Below are positions 1 through 19,416 of a stretch of 64,000 nucleotides of DNA, piece by piece; position 1 is the first letter of the stretch, and every line of letters starts with the position of its first letter. The translations under genes were made by a program, and so were the position numbers. The stretch is from assembly GCF_009914755.1 (NCBI RefSeq), contig NC_060938.1. The stretch is one strand, 5' to 3'. Below the pieces are notes generated by a model that was given only the letters and a program-made list of their open reading frames with translations, did no database searches and was not told where the DNA came from. The stretch comes from the human T2T-CHM13v2.0 reference genome, Homo sapiens.

Positions 1-1371
1 TAGAGGACACCAAATAAAAAGACCCATCCAAAAGATTTCCCTTTCTTTTCATTCCTTCTTTATTCCTCTTATTTCCAACCAAATGCAATGCCAAGCAATA
101 TCAAGATATCACCCTCACTGCTCTGGCCCTCTACCTGGCATTACACATTTGTCTAGGTGACCCAGGGCCCTAGACCTGGCTCAGGTCACTAGGCAAAGCA
201 GTGAAGGCTTCCTGTTACCTGTGGCTGAGCTTCTGCAGGGCCAGTTGGATGACTGCTCTGGCCCCATTTCTTAATTTCCTCAGGGCAGAAATTATATGAC
301 CATGATGACATCCAATTCTAACTCTATGACCTCTTTTGGAACTCTGTAGGGCAAGTTTCTGCGTGTCTTTGTTGTTTAAACAAAAACAGAAAGCAAATCG
401 GCATGATTGCTAAACAAAGGGATAGAGTCAAAAGATTTGCTAATCTTAGGCTTACTTCCTTGCTACCAATTTGCATCCTAGTGAAGGACACAGATCTTGG
501 GGTATCTAGCTTTAGAACAACAGAATTACAGAACAATGGGCTCAGTCTGTTTATTTCATCTACTTCTCAGGAGAAGGGAGAGAAGTGTCAGGGGATCTTA
601 TGTATTACTGGGGAGATTTTTCCCAAGTACCTTCCACAAGAATACCAACTTGGACCCATGCCATTTCTGAAGTATGCAAGTGCAGTATGCAAAGCCTCGC
701 CAATGGTTTGGCCAGTTGTCTGATCTTACTTCTTCCTGGCATGTTGTGGGTCCCTTCAAGCGTGCTCATGGGCATGGCTTCCGAAGAGAGACAGAGGGCT
801 TAGGAGTCTCTCTATTAGAGCAGTACAGTCTTCCATAGGTCTTTTTCAGGGCTTTCTCTGTTATCCTGTGGGAGGCAGGTCTCCTTGGTGCTGGACTCAC
901 AGTGGCTAGACGCTCCCTCAGACCTTCATCCCTTCTAGATGTCTCCTGCTATTACTGGCATTTTTCCTTCAGCAGGATTTTACACTTAGACTTCAGACAT
1001 CTTCAGGCAGAAAGCAACAGTTACTTTCTATTTAATTATTTGCAGCCAACGTGGCTATGATGTTTAGGCTCTATGTAACCAAGGTCTCTGTGGGTACCTC
1101 CAGCTTTCTTGCCTGTGCTCCTGGTGCAAAGGCTGCTGTCGAGGAGAATCTGAAGGCAGCCTCTGGAGCCAGGCACCATGTGGGGAGGAGCTGAGGTGAA
1201 TGAGACACAGCACCTACTTCTCTTACAGGATTCAAAATTGAGCTCCGATGATGGAAAGGCAAAGGGGGAGGACAGAGCTCGGATCTCTATAATGACATTA
1301 TTAGCCACTGTTTAACAAGCACTTCAACAGCTTCCCACTGTCCTTAGGGAAAAATCCAAACTCATTTATGT

Positions 1372-1820
1372 GGTATCTCAGTTTGGGTTCCCTCAGACAT
1401 AGCTTCGAGTGCAAATGGTTTGTTTGGGAGGTCATCTTAGGAGACAGAGGTAGCAGGTGAGGAAGTGATTCAGGGGAAAGAAAAAAGGCTGATAAAGGGG
1501 TGTCTTCTAGCTTGTTCCACTGTGAGTAGAACTTAGTTCTCCTGCAAAATTCTGGGAAATACTATAGAATACACACTTCAAAGATATCCCACCAGAGGAG
1601 TGAGGGAACTGGGATAGCTGTCCCCCAACTATCAGTGCCTGGCTGAGAACTGCTGAGGGAGGGGGCAGAGTGGTCTGAATTTCCTAGCATTTCCTAACCA
1701 CATGCATTAGGTCAGAGCAGGCCCTAATAGTCAAAGAAAGTCCTAAGGCGGAGAAATGTGAGTGCTGGCAGTGTGCCCTGAAGTGGGAAGGCCCAGGAGA
1801 CCAGGCAGCATCTGCCAAGT
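1372..1820 (-). mobile_element. Ancient ERVL solo LTR (LTR16-family-like)
   Basis: Begins tctcagtttgggttccctcaga...gtttgggaggtcatc, the reverse complement of the LTR16-type 3' end (gggaacccaaactaagaca); highly diverged; ends approximate. Confidence 0.5.
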
Positions 1821-2072
1821 GTGCTTTTACATCTTCCTACACAAGCAGGCCTCTGGCTGCTTTTCCAGCCTTAACTCTGGAAGAGGGTGTATATGACGGG
1901 GAAGTGTGCTGGGGAGATGATATTTCCCATAGGATAGGTTAGGTAACATTATGCAGAGAAGCTGGTAGTGGTAAGCCGGAAGGCCAGGACAGCACCAGAC
2001 CACGCTGTTAAGGACAGGTGCAGCTCGTTCCGCAGGTACAGCTTGTTAGGCAGTAGATCTCTAGGGCAATAC

Positions 2073-2240
2073 CAATGGCTGCCATTTACGAGTGCTTAGT
2101 GTGCAGCGTGCACTGTGCTGAAGGCTCTCAAGCACTTCTCAGTGAATCTTCACAATAGCACCCTGAAGCAGAATATGCATTATTCTCTTTCTGCAGGTAA
2201 GGAAATAAGGCTTAGAGAAATTATGAACCTGAGGCCACAT
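2073..2240 (-). mobile_element. MIR SINE
   Basis: catttacgagtgcttagtgtgc...gaatcttcacaa...gcaggtaaggaaataaggcttagag matches the reverse MIR core. Confidence 0.65.
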
Positions 2241-2243
2241 GCC

Positions 2244-2287
2244 TGTTTTTTTGTTTTGCTTTTTTGTTGTTGTTGTTGTTGTTGTTT
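2244..2287. repeat. T-rich/(TTG)n microsatellite
   Basis: ttgttgttgttgttgttgttgttt seen directly. Confidence 0.85.
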
Positions 2288-2289
2288 GG

Positions 2290-3050
2290 GGGAGGGGATT
2301 GTTATATTGAAAATGTCAAATATTTCCATCTCAAGCAATCCTCCCACCTTTTTCATGCCACTAACTTGTTATCTAATGGAATATCCTGTGGATTTGGCAT
2401 CTGATTTGGTTTGGCTCTGTGTACCCACCCAAATCTCACCTCGGATTGTGTAATAATCTCCACGTGTCAAGGGAGAGACCTGGTGGAAGGCGATTGAATC
2501 ATGGGGGCAGTTTCCCCCACGCTGTTCTCGCGATAGTGAATGAGTTCTCATGAGATCTGGTGGTTTTATAAGTGTTTGGCTGTTCCTCCTTCACTCTCTT
2601 TCTCACCTGCCACTATGTAAGATGTGACTGCTTCCCCTTCCGCCATGGTGGTAAATTTGCTGAGGCCTCCCCAGCCATCCAGAACTGTGAGTCAATTGAA
2701 CCTCTTTTCTTTGTAAATTACCCAGTCTCGGGCAGTTCTTTAGAGCATTGTGAAAATGGACTAATATAGGGTCTGATTAGTTCTCCTCCTGTCATTTTTT
2801 TTACCTTGTGTCTCCAGTCCCTAGATTTTCTTAAACTGGGAGGTAGTCTAACTCTAAAAGGCTTCTTAGATGTGGTCATTTAGCAATACTACAACCCAGC
2901 TGGTGCTGTATGCGTGATACTGCATGGTGTGGGGAGGCTGGATGCTAAGATTGCTCAGTGGGTTCAGGAGGTAACAGCTGATCCTTTCATTGTAAGACTT
3001 CACTTTTTTCCCCTTTACGATCAGTGAGTAATCCATGGGGTGATACTGTC
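2290..3050 (-). mobile_element. Ancient L1MC-type 3' fragment interrupted by THE1D
   Basis: gatgctaagattgctcagtgggttcaggaggtaacagctgatcctttcattgtaag resembles the L1MC4/5 3'UTR. Confidence 0.45.
2402..2768 (+). mobile_element. THE1D (MaLR) solo LTR, full length
   Basis: Starts tgatttggtttggctctgtgtacccacccaaatctca and ends gtgaaaatggactaatata; TATAA at 2567; internal donor ACT|GTGAGT at 2687; poly(A) signal mutated (aattgaa); degenerate 5-bp TSD gcatc/gggtc. Confidence 0.9.
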
Positions 3051-4496
3051 AAAGCCTGTGCTCTTAACCATAATATGCTAGAAGTATCTCAACACCAATG
3101 TTTCAAAGTAGGTGTGGGTCATACAATCAGGGTGCCCAGCCCAAGCTGAAAGGGTCCCAGAAGCCTTGGCCTTTTACAAAGACATGAAGAAGAAGCAGGA
3201 TGCATATGTTCCCTTGACATTTCCCTAGACCTGGCCATGGTAGAGGCCTTATGACCTTATTTTTTCAGGTTACATGTGGAGATAACAATTAGGCTCTTGC
3301 TGGCTGCAAAGGTTGAGCAACAACGAGGATGAGACAGGAGATGCTGGCACAGAGCTCTTTACCTACGGACACTAGCCATTGCTCTCACCTTCCTTCCAAG
3401 GCCTGGTAAGTGTTAGGTGCAGCCCCTCCTTTCCTGCACTTACTCAGATTTACACCAAATGATGCTGGGCCCCTCTTTGGTTCTCATGCCAGCTGCCACA
3501 GGTCCCGAACAAGCAAAGAAACTGCCAGCTTCCACTTCCAATTATGTCAAATGGGCCTATTATGCAATCAAATCTGGTTGAGCCCCAAAATAGACCCCAA
3601 AGCACCAAGTGATTTGATGGCATTCACACACACTGTTCTTGTTAACCCTCGCCAGGCCTGGTGAGCTGCTCTAGTACATCCAGGTGTGTCCTGGGGTCTA
3701 AACTATGCAGGGATGGTCCAGGGCTGAATTGCTGCAGCTGCTGCCCTGGGGACCCCGAGGGAGTGCCTGTCATTTTTCCCTGCACCATCACTACATTTCC
3801 TTGACATCTAGGTCTAGGGAAACAGTTCATGGACCCCTTCATTTGAAAAAGCAAGATGCAACCAATAATAATAATTGTGGTTGCCCTAAATGGCAAGCAC
3901 AGGAGTTTGGAACGTATAAATGCTGGGTCAAGAGAGTCCTAATATTTTTTCTCTCTCATCTCTAAACCTTGCTGGGTCATCAAAGGGCACATGGAATAAT
4001 CTCTAAGAGAGAAACACTTTTCTAGACTTTTGGTCAAATTTCTGATCTTATTTTCTTCCTGAAGGGCAGGCCCAGTTCTGCCTAAAAGAGGCAAGTTTTA
4101 AATAAAAATTTTGAGGCTAAGTGAGAATTCACTGTGAATAGTGAAAAACTGGCATAGGCAGCCGTGTGGTCAGGGTGGAAGGGAAGCTCCAGGAAGACTG
4201 CTTTTGTATTTGGATGGATGCAAGTCCATAAAGTCAGACGCAGAGCTGAGAGAGTGGCCAGCACAAAGACATGGGGGGTTGGGATGTGTGGTGGTCTAGA
4301 AACAGGGCTGGAGGAGATTAATCCTTATTTTTGGAGAACTTATAGCTGTCCTTTCTTTTCAAGTGTTTTATAAAATTTCCAATCTTATACGAGGCCAGAT
4401 CCCTTCAAAGTGTATCTCTATTCAAAGAACTAATTTTCTCCTTTATGAATATCCATTATTAACATGATTTTCGTCCGTTTTTGGTTATTTACGATA

Positions 4497-4735
4497 ATAT
4501 TAACAACAAATAGCATACAGTGAGCTCCAACTATGCGCTAGGCACTCTACAGAACTTTTTAAATACGTAATTGTTTCATTCCTACAACAATGCAATGATG
4601 GCAGTCCTGTCATTATCCGCATTTTAACAATAAGAAAATGGAAGCTTAGATTAAGCAATTTGCCCAGAGTTACACAGCATGTATTCACTAGGATATGAAC
4701 TCAGGCACTCTGAGTAGTCTGGAACTCTAGCTCTA
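4497..4735 (-). mobile_element. MIR SINE
   Basis: ctatgcgctaggcactct...attatccgcattttaac...aagcaatttgcccagagttacacagc...tgaactcaggca. Confidence 0.7.
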
Positions 4736-5719
4736 TCTGTGCCTGATTGTGTAGGAAATCATAATTCCTGAAGCATAGCATTATATACTACTCTCATCTT
4801 TATACTGTCTCTCACCCCAACCCTCCATACATTTAATGAAGAACCTTCTGTAGATGGGCCCCTGTAAGTACTTATTGGAAGAATAGATATCTTACTCCTA
4901 CTTCCCCTCTCTTCTGCCTCATGCTCAGGGACAGAACCCTGGGTTTCTAATCAGTGCTAGATCTTTAGAATAACATAAAGAAAAAAAAAGTCCTTAAATT
5001 CTCATTAAGCTTCTCATGAGTTTTATTATGGGAACAAATACAGAGAAGAAAAGTAGTGGCCATTTTGTATCTTGTAGCTGTTAATCTATAATTATCTTTA
5101 TTGTTGCATACATTGTAAAGATTCAAGTGAAGCCTTTTGAGTCCCTTCCTTTGAAGAAAATCTCTTTGGAGGCAGAAGCTGCACTTTAGAATCCATAATA
5201 TGTGCTGGGGAATTGTGTCATGAAGAATGTGGCATGCCCCTTACCCAGAAAGGTGAATGCTTCCATGGTTGGTCTGTGCTACGCTGACCTCCTGTAAGTA
5301 TTTATTGGAAGTATACGCTGCTTCCTGTGACCTTACTGCCATCTTCAGCCCTTGTACTGAGCCTGCTAACGAGGATATCCTTTTGGCGAGGTGGAGACCT
5401 CCTCACTCAGAAGGTGAAAGGGTGCTCCAGTACATTTCACATCCATTAAATGAAGATGATTTCTAGCTGCTCTGAGCTGGATGGAACCTAGTGGAACACC
5501 AGCATGGCCTGGACATATTGTATCCTGTTTTTGAATACCCATTGTGAACTACTATAAGATGCATGAATCAATAGTGTTGCAACTGGGAAATTGAATTAAA
5601 AAACCCTCCATATGACCAGAAAGACTACCAAATGTTGACTCATGATCCCTCTGTGTTATGCAGTACTTGGGTTAGCTTAATTCCAGTAGAACAAAAGAGC
5701 TCAGAACAAGGTGACCAAT

Positions 5720-6325
5720 ACAGCATAATGTAAAGGAATGAACCTGGTCACCAGGAAGCCTGCATTCTGGTGCTAGCTATTTCTGTAACTAGTAATCAGA
5801 GTTCCTTTTTTTTTTCACCATTTGCCACATGTACGTACTTTACATGAACTAAATTAGAGGTAGTGGACTGAGTGATGAAGAACTTGAACTCGGGTCAGCT
5901 GTCTGCCTTGAATCCTGGTTCCATGACTTTCTGTCTGTGTAACTATGTCTTTCTAAGCCTCAGTTTCTGGATTCCAAAAAAGGGAATAACAATAGTTCTT
6001 ACCCCATAGAGTTATTTCGAAAATTAAGTGAGTTAATATTTGTGAAGAACTTTGAAGAGTGACTGGCATGGTAGATGTTTGAGTTCATTAACAACAACAA
6101 TAAAAATGGAAATAAAACCTAACAACTCTATGAAGTAGTCAGCTTTCACTCCTATTTCAAAGATGAGGAAATAGTGGTTCAAAGCAGTTTCTAAGCTACT
6201 AAGACATGGAGTCTGGATTCAAAACCATGATCTTACCCACAACACTTCCCTGGCCTCAGTTTACTCAAGTGTAAAATGGGACAAGGTGGGCTCTGAGGTT
6301 CCTTACAAATCCTAACATTCTACAA
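5720..6325. mobile_element. Cluster of MIR fragments in both orientations
   Basis: aagcctcagtttct...aataacaatagttcttacc (+); caaagatgaggaaat (-); ggcctcagtttactcaagtgtaaaatggg (+). Confidence 0.6.
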
Positions 6326-6329
6326 ACTG

Positions 6330-8120
6330 TCCTCTATCTCTGCCCTCTCCATGACATCTATTACTTATCTCTCTTCAAGGGCTTTTTCCCTTTCAACTTC
6401 AAATATACCCAGATCTCCCTTACTCTAAAAATTGTTCATTGTACCTTTTAGGCTGTGCGAGCTTTGATATTCCTGTATCTTTAAAGTCCAAGTTATAGGC
6501 ATAGAGACCACTCCCACCAATCTCCCATCATCTTCCTGCTTCTGCAATGTTTTTCTCACCTCTGCTCCTCAGCTGGTAGTCTTCTCCTGAAGATCAGATG
6601 ACTTTCTTCTACCCAAATCCATTTGCCTTTTCTTAGTTTTCTTGACTCAGTATCTTTGCCGTATGCAACATGTCAAAATGTAATGATGTGTAATGGTCTT
6701 CCAGGTCCCTCTCCTCCAGAACACTTCTGCATTAGGCAGGTCTCTTTCTCTCTCCCTGTTGTTCATCCCACTCAAAAACATAGACCGTTTCATATAGTTT
6801 ATAATATCATGCCATTTTTCCCACTCGATTCTACATTATGTATTGGAGATCTTCCCATATTAGTCATTGAACACTACCTCATTCTTTTGCATGGCTGTGG
6901 ATTATTTCAGTATGGATACACATAATTATTCCCCTACGGATGGACATTAACGTTGTTTTCAATTCTTTGATTGCAAACAATGCTGCCATGAACATCCTTG
7001 CATACACTTCTTGTGCAAGGTATAAGTATTTTCCTATGATAAATACCAAGATGGACTTTCGCCTTTTAGCTCAGTCTAGCTCAAATCTAAGACTAAGGTA
7101 CCCTCCCAGATAGGGATGCTATTATGAGATCCTACTTCAGTTTATGACTTATCAAAAGCGAATTTTGCTGGTGCCTGGCCTCTGCCCATAGGAATTCACT
7201 TGTCTAAGCTTCTGCTTTTGTTTGTTTCGTTTTCTGCCTCTGATTTATCCTGATTTTCTCTGTGCTAATGTCTCTGAATCTTATACCTGTACCTCTGAGA
7301 TATCCAATATCTACCTGTTGGAATCTTCACCAATTACTCCTCTTCTCTCTTCCCCTATCACACTGACCTGGATAGACTCCATCAGCTCTTGGTCTCTGCT
7401 CTGACCTTGACTTGCAGGCTTCTGATCCCACCTGTCCTTTTCCCTTACTCTGGTGTACTGGTGTCACAGATCCCATTAGAGTCCATATTCCCCAGCTCCA
7501 CATGTGAGATCAGCAACCTAAAATGGCCCATTGTGGGCTTCCTGCTTTATTGTGAGGTTCTGTCTGGGCTTAGCCACTTCTTGATCTGGTGGCTGCCCAA
7601 GCTCACACACTATTAGGGGGTTCCATATTGTCACACAGTACTGATTATCTTTCATCTCTAACCATATATCTGGGTTTTTCCCTGGTAAAAACACTTTCTA
7701 TTTCTTTTTTCTTATTCCTTGATATTCTTCAAGGCTGAGTCTTTGCCCTGCTGTTTTTTTAAGCTCTCACTTCTTTAATATTTACCTAATCTTACTTATC
7801 TTAATAGACTCAATGTAGTCTATTTCCAAATCTACATATCTTGCCTTCACCATTCCCTGCCTTCCATCACTGCATTTCCAGTTGTCTCCATAATGCCTCC
7901 GTTGGGATATTTCCAATCACTTTAGTTTCAGTATGTCTAAACGCAACAGAACCATCTGCTCCCATCCCATCCCATCTGTTCCTTTTCCAGTTTTCCCTAT
8001 CTCTATAAGTGATACCACATTTTCCTAATGACCCAGACTAGAAATCTTGGAATAATATCTAATTTATTTCTCTTTTTTCCTCTTATATACAATCCATCAT
8101 TGAATCTTGCTGAATGTTTT
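6330..8120 (+). mobile_element. Fragmented L2 LINE, with an old minus-strand L1ME-like piece at ~6780-7050
   Basis: ccaaatctacatatc...cagtatgtctaaac...acccagactagaaatcttggaat...caatccatca is typical L2 3' region. Confidence 0.5.
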
Positions 8121-8149
8121 CATTTTAAAAATAATATAGTAGGTTACTT

Positions 8150-9695
8150 GTAGTTGAAAAGTGGATTTTGTACATGCCTTTATCTCTGCTCCTTTCTGAA
8201 AAGTCACTAAGATGGCAGTAAAGGTATATTTTTAAAGGCAAACATCTGTGTAAGAAAGGGAAAGGAGAAAACCTCAAGTTGGAAAGTAGATGGATGAGCA
8301 ATAATTGATTTAGCAAACTTGAAAAAGCTAAACCATAAGCCAAGAACAAAAGAATCTTAGGACCATCTCAATTTTTACATCTCTGAATAACTCAGTGGCC
8401 TAGAAATTGAAGACACTCTTATGTGGGGGTACATTAAGTGGGAGTAAAGGAAGAGCTAATCAGAAGGAGAATTTGAAAATCTTTTTAAAAGCAGTTAGAA
8501 CCCTAGTTACCCTTCCACAGTCCTTCCCATTCCAGAAAGACTAGAGGTTTATTCTCCAGAACAGTGTATTTCTGGCCTGGGAATATCAGTAGCTATTTCA
8601 GGTGGGTGCTGATCACCAAATATGGCGTGATCAATTATAAGTTTGTATACTGCGTGCTGAGACCTTTGGTTCTCTTTCCCCAGTATCCCCCAGAGCTCAA
8701 GATTCTCTGAGGCAGGAAGTGTCTGGGGACTCTGGCTAACTTAACAGAAAAGACCTGGAGATGCTGACATCAGAGACAATAGCTTGGAAAAACGGAGGCC
8801 ATGCAGGAAGAAGAAAACTGGGGGGAAAAAAACTCAACCTTCTATTAACATTTTCAAAGATCTAGGAGAATATTTTATACCCATGAAACAAGAATACAGA
8901 TGCTATGTTAAAAAAAAGAACATTCAGAAATGTAAAAGAGCTGCTCTTAGAAATTAAAGATAATATAGGAGAAATTTTTAAAAGCTCAATAGAAATTTTA
9001 GAAAATTCTGGAAAAAAAAGAAAAAGAAGCAGGAGATGGATAATAGGAAACAACAGCAATTCCAGAAAAGAGAGTACCAGAAATAGACAGGAAGAAGTTA
9101 TCAAAGAAATAATTTTGAAAATTGCCAGAACTGAGGGACATGAGTTGCCAGACTAAAAGGATCTGCTGAGTGCCACGATGGATTAAAGCACTAAGTCCAG
9201 TTACTGTAAACTTTCAGAGCACATGGGACAAAGAAAAGATTTCAAAATCTTTCAAAGAAAACTCAAGTTTCAAACACAAAAATAAGATCCACGATAGCAC
9301 CAAACTTCTCTACAGGATGGTTGGAAGCCCAAAGACAATGAAGCAATGTCTTAAAAACTCAAAGGAATAGGAATTGCAACCTAACCAAACCAGCATAAAT
9401 TAGTGTGAGAATATAACAATGATCTTTTTAGGCACTCAACATCTCGTATACCCTTTTTAAAGAAGGTAATGGCAGATATGACCTACCAAAATAAGACAGT
9501 AAATGAAGAAAGGTAAAAAACTGAAACCCAGCAAAAGGTAATCCAACATAAGAGACAGACAAAAGAAATCCCCAGGATGAAGATGAAAGAAAAACCCAAG
9601 ATAACAGTTATGCACCAAGCATGGAGCAACCAACTCAAACTGGAGCCAATTCAGAAGGCTCAAGGAGAGATTTCTTCAACATGAAATTAATAGCT
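8150..9695 (+). mobile_element. HAL1 (half-L1) element, decayed ORF1-like region
   Basis: ORF fragments KELLLEIKDNIGEIFKSSIE and EEVIKEII; HAL1-type tail ccaggatgaagatg...tcagaaggctcaaggagagatttcttcaacatgaaattaatag. Confidence 0.7.
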
Positions 9696-9697
9696 AC

Positions 9698-9780
9698 TTT
9701 CCTCCTCCTCCTTCTCCTCCTCCTGCTCCTCCTCCCCCCTATTTTCCTTTCCCCTCTTTTTTTTCTTCTCTTTTTTCTTA
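9698..9780. repeat. (CCT)n / polypyrimidine low-complexity tract
   Basis: cctcctcctccttctcctcctcctgctcctcctccccc...ttttttcttctctttttt. Confidence 0.8.
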
Positions 9781-9859
9781 TAAAGTGGTTCCTTTAACAT
9801 TTTTTGTCATGTAACATTTTTCCTTTATTTCAAAAGCACTGTAAGAAATAAAAATATTC

Positions 9860-10100
9860 GTAATAGCTAACATGAATCAGTTAGTGCTTGCTAAGTGTCG
9901 ATCACCCTTAAGTGCATTATGTGTATTGTATCAACCTTCATCCTAACACTGTGAGGCAGAACTATTTGATCTTTATTCACAGATGAGAGAATGAGGCATA
10001 TAGAAGTTAAGTAACTTGCCTGTTGACACATATGAGAAGGGGTAGAGTTGGCATTTCAACCAAGTCTAACTCCAAAACCTATGATCTTCATTAATGTGCT
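9860..10100 (-). mobile_element. MIR SINE
   Basis: aatagctaacat...cactgtgaggcag...cacagatgagagaatgaggcatatagaagttaagtaacttgcc. Confidence 0.7.
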
Positions 10101-11514
10101 GTGTGTTAAAGAAAAACTAACTCTCTTCATTGCCTCAAATCCATGAGGTGCTCCTTGATGACAGTTCAGTGTGCATCTTGACACATATATTTTTTTGCAT
10201 GTTCACATGCATATATAAACACATATATGGGGGACATTTTCTTTTTTAAAAACCCGAACCATAATACATGTTTTCATTTTATTTCAACTAACATTTATTG
10301 AATGTACATTTTGTGCTTGGCACTGTGCTAGATACTGGGATAGAATGAAAATTATGTAGTTCCTGCTTATTAGGAGCTCCTGGATTATTAAGTTAAATAT
10401 CCTGGTTTATTAAAAGTTGTCATAAAAACATTTTTTCCAAAGAATTAGAGTATAATATATTTGATGTGAAATTATACTAATTATAAGCTTTCCTTTGATT
10501 CAGATACCACTTTACACTCTTGAAATGCCTTTGCCTTTTTAGTGTGAACATCAGATATCCTTGAATTACACAGCAAAAAAAAAAATCTGTTTTTGAATTT
10601 TCAGGTGTTTGGATGCTAGGGAAGTAGGTCTACACTATGCATTTAATCTGCTTCTCTGCCAGCCCATTTCTCTCAAATGTCATCCTCCTTTACACTGTGC
10701 TGATTTAATACCAACATTTTCTTGGCCCGTAGCTAGTTGCCATGTAAATGAAAAAGAAAAACCTTAGGTAATGTTGTCTAGGTTGTTGGTGTGTCTCACT
10801 CTTGGACTAGTGACAAACTTTATGGTCTATTTAGTGAGATTTTGCTTCATCACTTTACCATAAGGATACAATGGTAATAACTCAAAAATAAAGCCTGTTT
10901 AATTAAAGACAAATTGTTGGCTCAAGATTATGCTTGTTTGCTAAATGTAGCAAGAAGAAAGTAGAAGTTCTTGCAGCTGATTTGTCTTGAGAACTGCCAA
11001 GTTTTTTCTTATATGTGTTGGTCAAGTTCAGTTAGAGACAGAGCTTGAGTTGTAGCTATTTTTACTGGAATTTGAACATTGTTTCTTTGGAATTATATGT
11101 CTTAGAGAAAATGAGCCACCTGTACATCTGAATACATTTTCTCATTTGTGATATTTACCCTGCCTACCTTTCCTAGGGTTTTGAACTTTGTCTGATAACA
11201 GAAGAAAAATTACATTGATGTTAAGCTGTATGAGAGAGTAAGATAATAGATCAGTCTCCAGTTCTTTATCTGTGGAATGAAGTATTTTGTTGTGGGTGGT
11301 ACTGGGCTATGTAACTTCAGGGAATATATCAAATCCTCCAAACAAGAGTTGAAATATGATCTCTTCAGCGTGACTGATGTTCTGGCGTCTGGGAGCATGT
11401 TTACTGGCTATAACAGTGTTCCAGAGGCTGCTGCTGAGCAACTGTAATTGCAATCCACAAATGATTTGTGATGAGTGTCTGAGCATGCTAGGATCATAGC
11501 AATTCATTCTGCTT

Positions 11515-12457
11515 CTTTATTTTTTCCCGATCAAATTTGTTGTGGGGTAGTTTACAAACAACAAAATTTATAAATGTTAAGTGTGCATTTCAACAAGTTT
11601 AGACAAATGTATACACCTGTGTAATGGGCACCTCAGTCAATATACAGAATATTTCTAACATCCCAAAGAGTTCCCCTGTGCCCCATCCTAGTCATTCTTC
11701 TCCCCATCCCACCCACCCCTGGCTAATGTGCTTTTTGTAGCTAGATTTGGATTAGATTTGTTATTACTAGAGTCTCATGTAAATGGGACCATATAGTGCA
11801 TACTCTTTTGTGTCTCTTTTCTATAGCTAAGCATAATGTTTTTGAAATTTATCCATGTTGTATGTGTAGTTTGTTCATTTTTGGTGTTAAGTCATATTTC
11901 ATTGTATGAATATACTGTAATTTATCTGTTTACCTGTTAATGTGGTCATTTGGGGTTGTTTCTGATCACGGGCAACTATGACTAGAGCTGCTATGAACAT
12001 TTGTGTACAAGGTTTTGTGTGGACACAAGTGTCATTTCTCTTGGGTAAATGCCTAAAAGTAGAATTGTTCAGTAATATGTTGAGTGTATGTTTAACTTTT
12101 TAAGAAAATGTCAACTGGCTTTTTAGTCATTGTACTATTTTTCATTCCCACTAACAATATATGAGAGTTACAATTGTTCTACATCTTTGCCAACCCTGGT
12201 ATTTTCAGCCATTTAAACTTTAGTCATTCTAGTGGGTGTACAGTGGTATCTCACTGTATTTTTTATTTGCATTTCCATTTGCTTATTTTATATCTATCCT
12301 CTCTGGTGGATTATCTTTTCAAATATTTTGCCCATTAAAATTATTTTTGGACTTATTATTGACTTCTAAGTGTTCTTTATGTATTCTGGATGATAAAAGT
12401 CTTTAACCAGGTATATAATTTGCAAATATTTTCTCCCAGTCAGTGTCTTGCCTTTTT
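11515..12457 (-). mobile_element. Old L1M (L1MB/ME-type) 3' end; resumes at 18675-18830 after the L1PA6 insertion
   Basis: gacaaatgtatacacctgtgtaa...cagaatatttctaacatccc 3'UTR, then ORF2 3' region; sequence is continuous across the TSD. Confidence 0.75.
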
Positions 12458-18674
<6,217 letters not shown>

Positions 18675-19416
18675 CAGTGGCTTGCCTTTTTATCTTTCTA
18701 AGAGTATCCTTGGAAAAGCAACAGTTTTTAAACTTTGATGAAGTCTAATTTTTATACTTGTGTGTCATATATAATATGTATTTTTTTGGTATTCTGAGAA
18801 ATCTTTGCCTGTTTCACTATTTTGAAGTCTTTTATTGATCAAAATAAATTATTCACAGATGAAATGACTCTGTACCTAAAAAGAACAAAGCAATCGACTT
18901 AATAATTATAAGAGCTAATGAGAAAATTAAATAAGGGGACCAGAATGAGATTCAGATCTCAACTTTTTTTTTTTTTTTTAATCCTTGGCCAGGGAAATTA
19001 TTCATGTTCTCATCTTTATATATTTTTATTTATTTTTTAAGTTTTATTTTATTCTATTTTATTTCAGTAGTGTTTTAGGGGAACAGATGGTGTTTGGTTA
19101 CATGGATAAGCTCTTTAGTTGGCGATTTCTGAGATTTTGGTGCACCCAGTACCCGAGAAGTGTATACTGTACCCAATGTACAATCTTTTATCCCTCACTC
19201 CCTTTACCCCTTCTCCCCACCAAGTCCCTAAAGTCCATTATATCATTTTCATGCCTTCACATCCTCATAGCTTAGCTTCCACATATAAGTGAGAACATAC
19301 AATGTTTGGTTTTCCATTCTTGAGTTATTTCACTTAGAATCATGGTCTCCAACTCCATCCAGGTTGCTGTAATTCCTGTTATTTCATTCCTTTTTATGGC
19401 TGAGTAGTATTCCACG

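Noticed and set aside
8905-9370. HAL1 ORF1-like ORFs as a domesticated L1TD1-like gene
   Set aside because: Short, frameshifted and stop-ridden; no splice or promoter support
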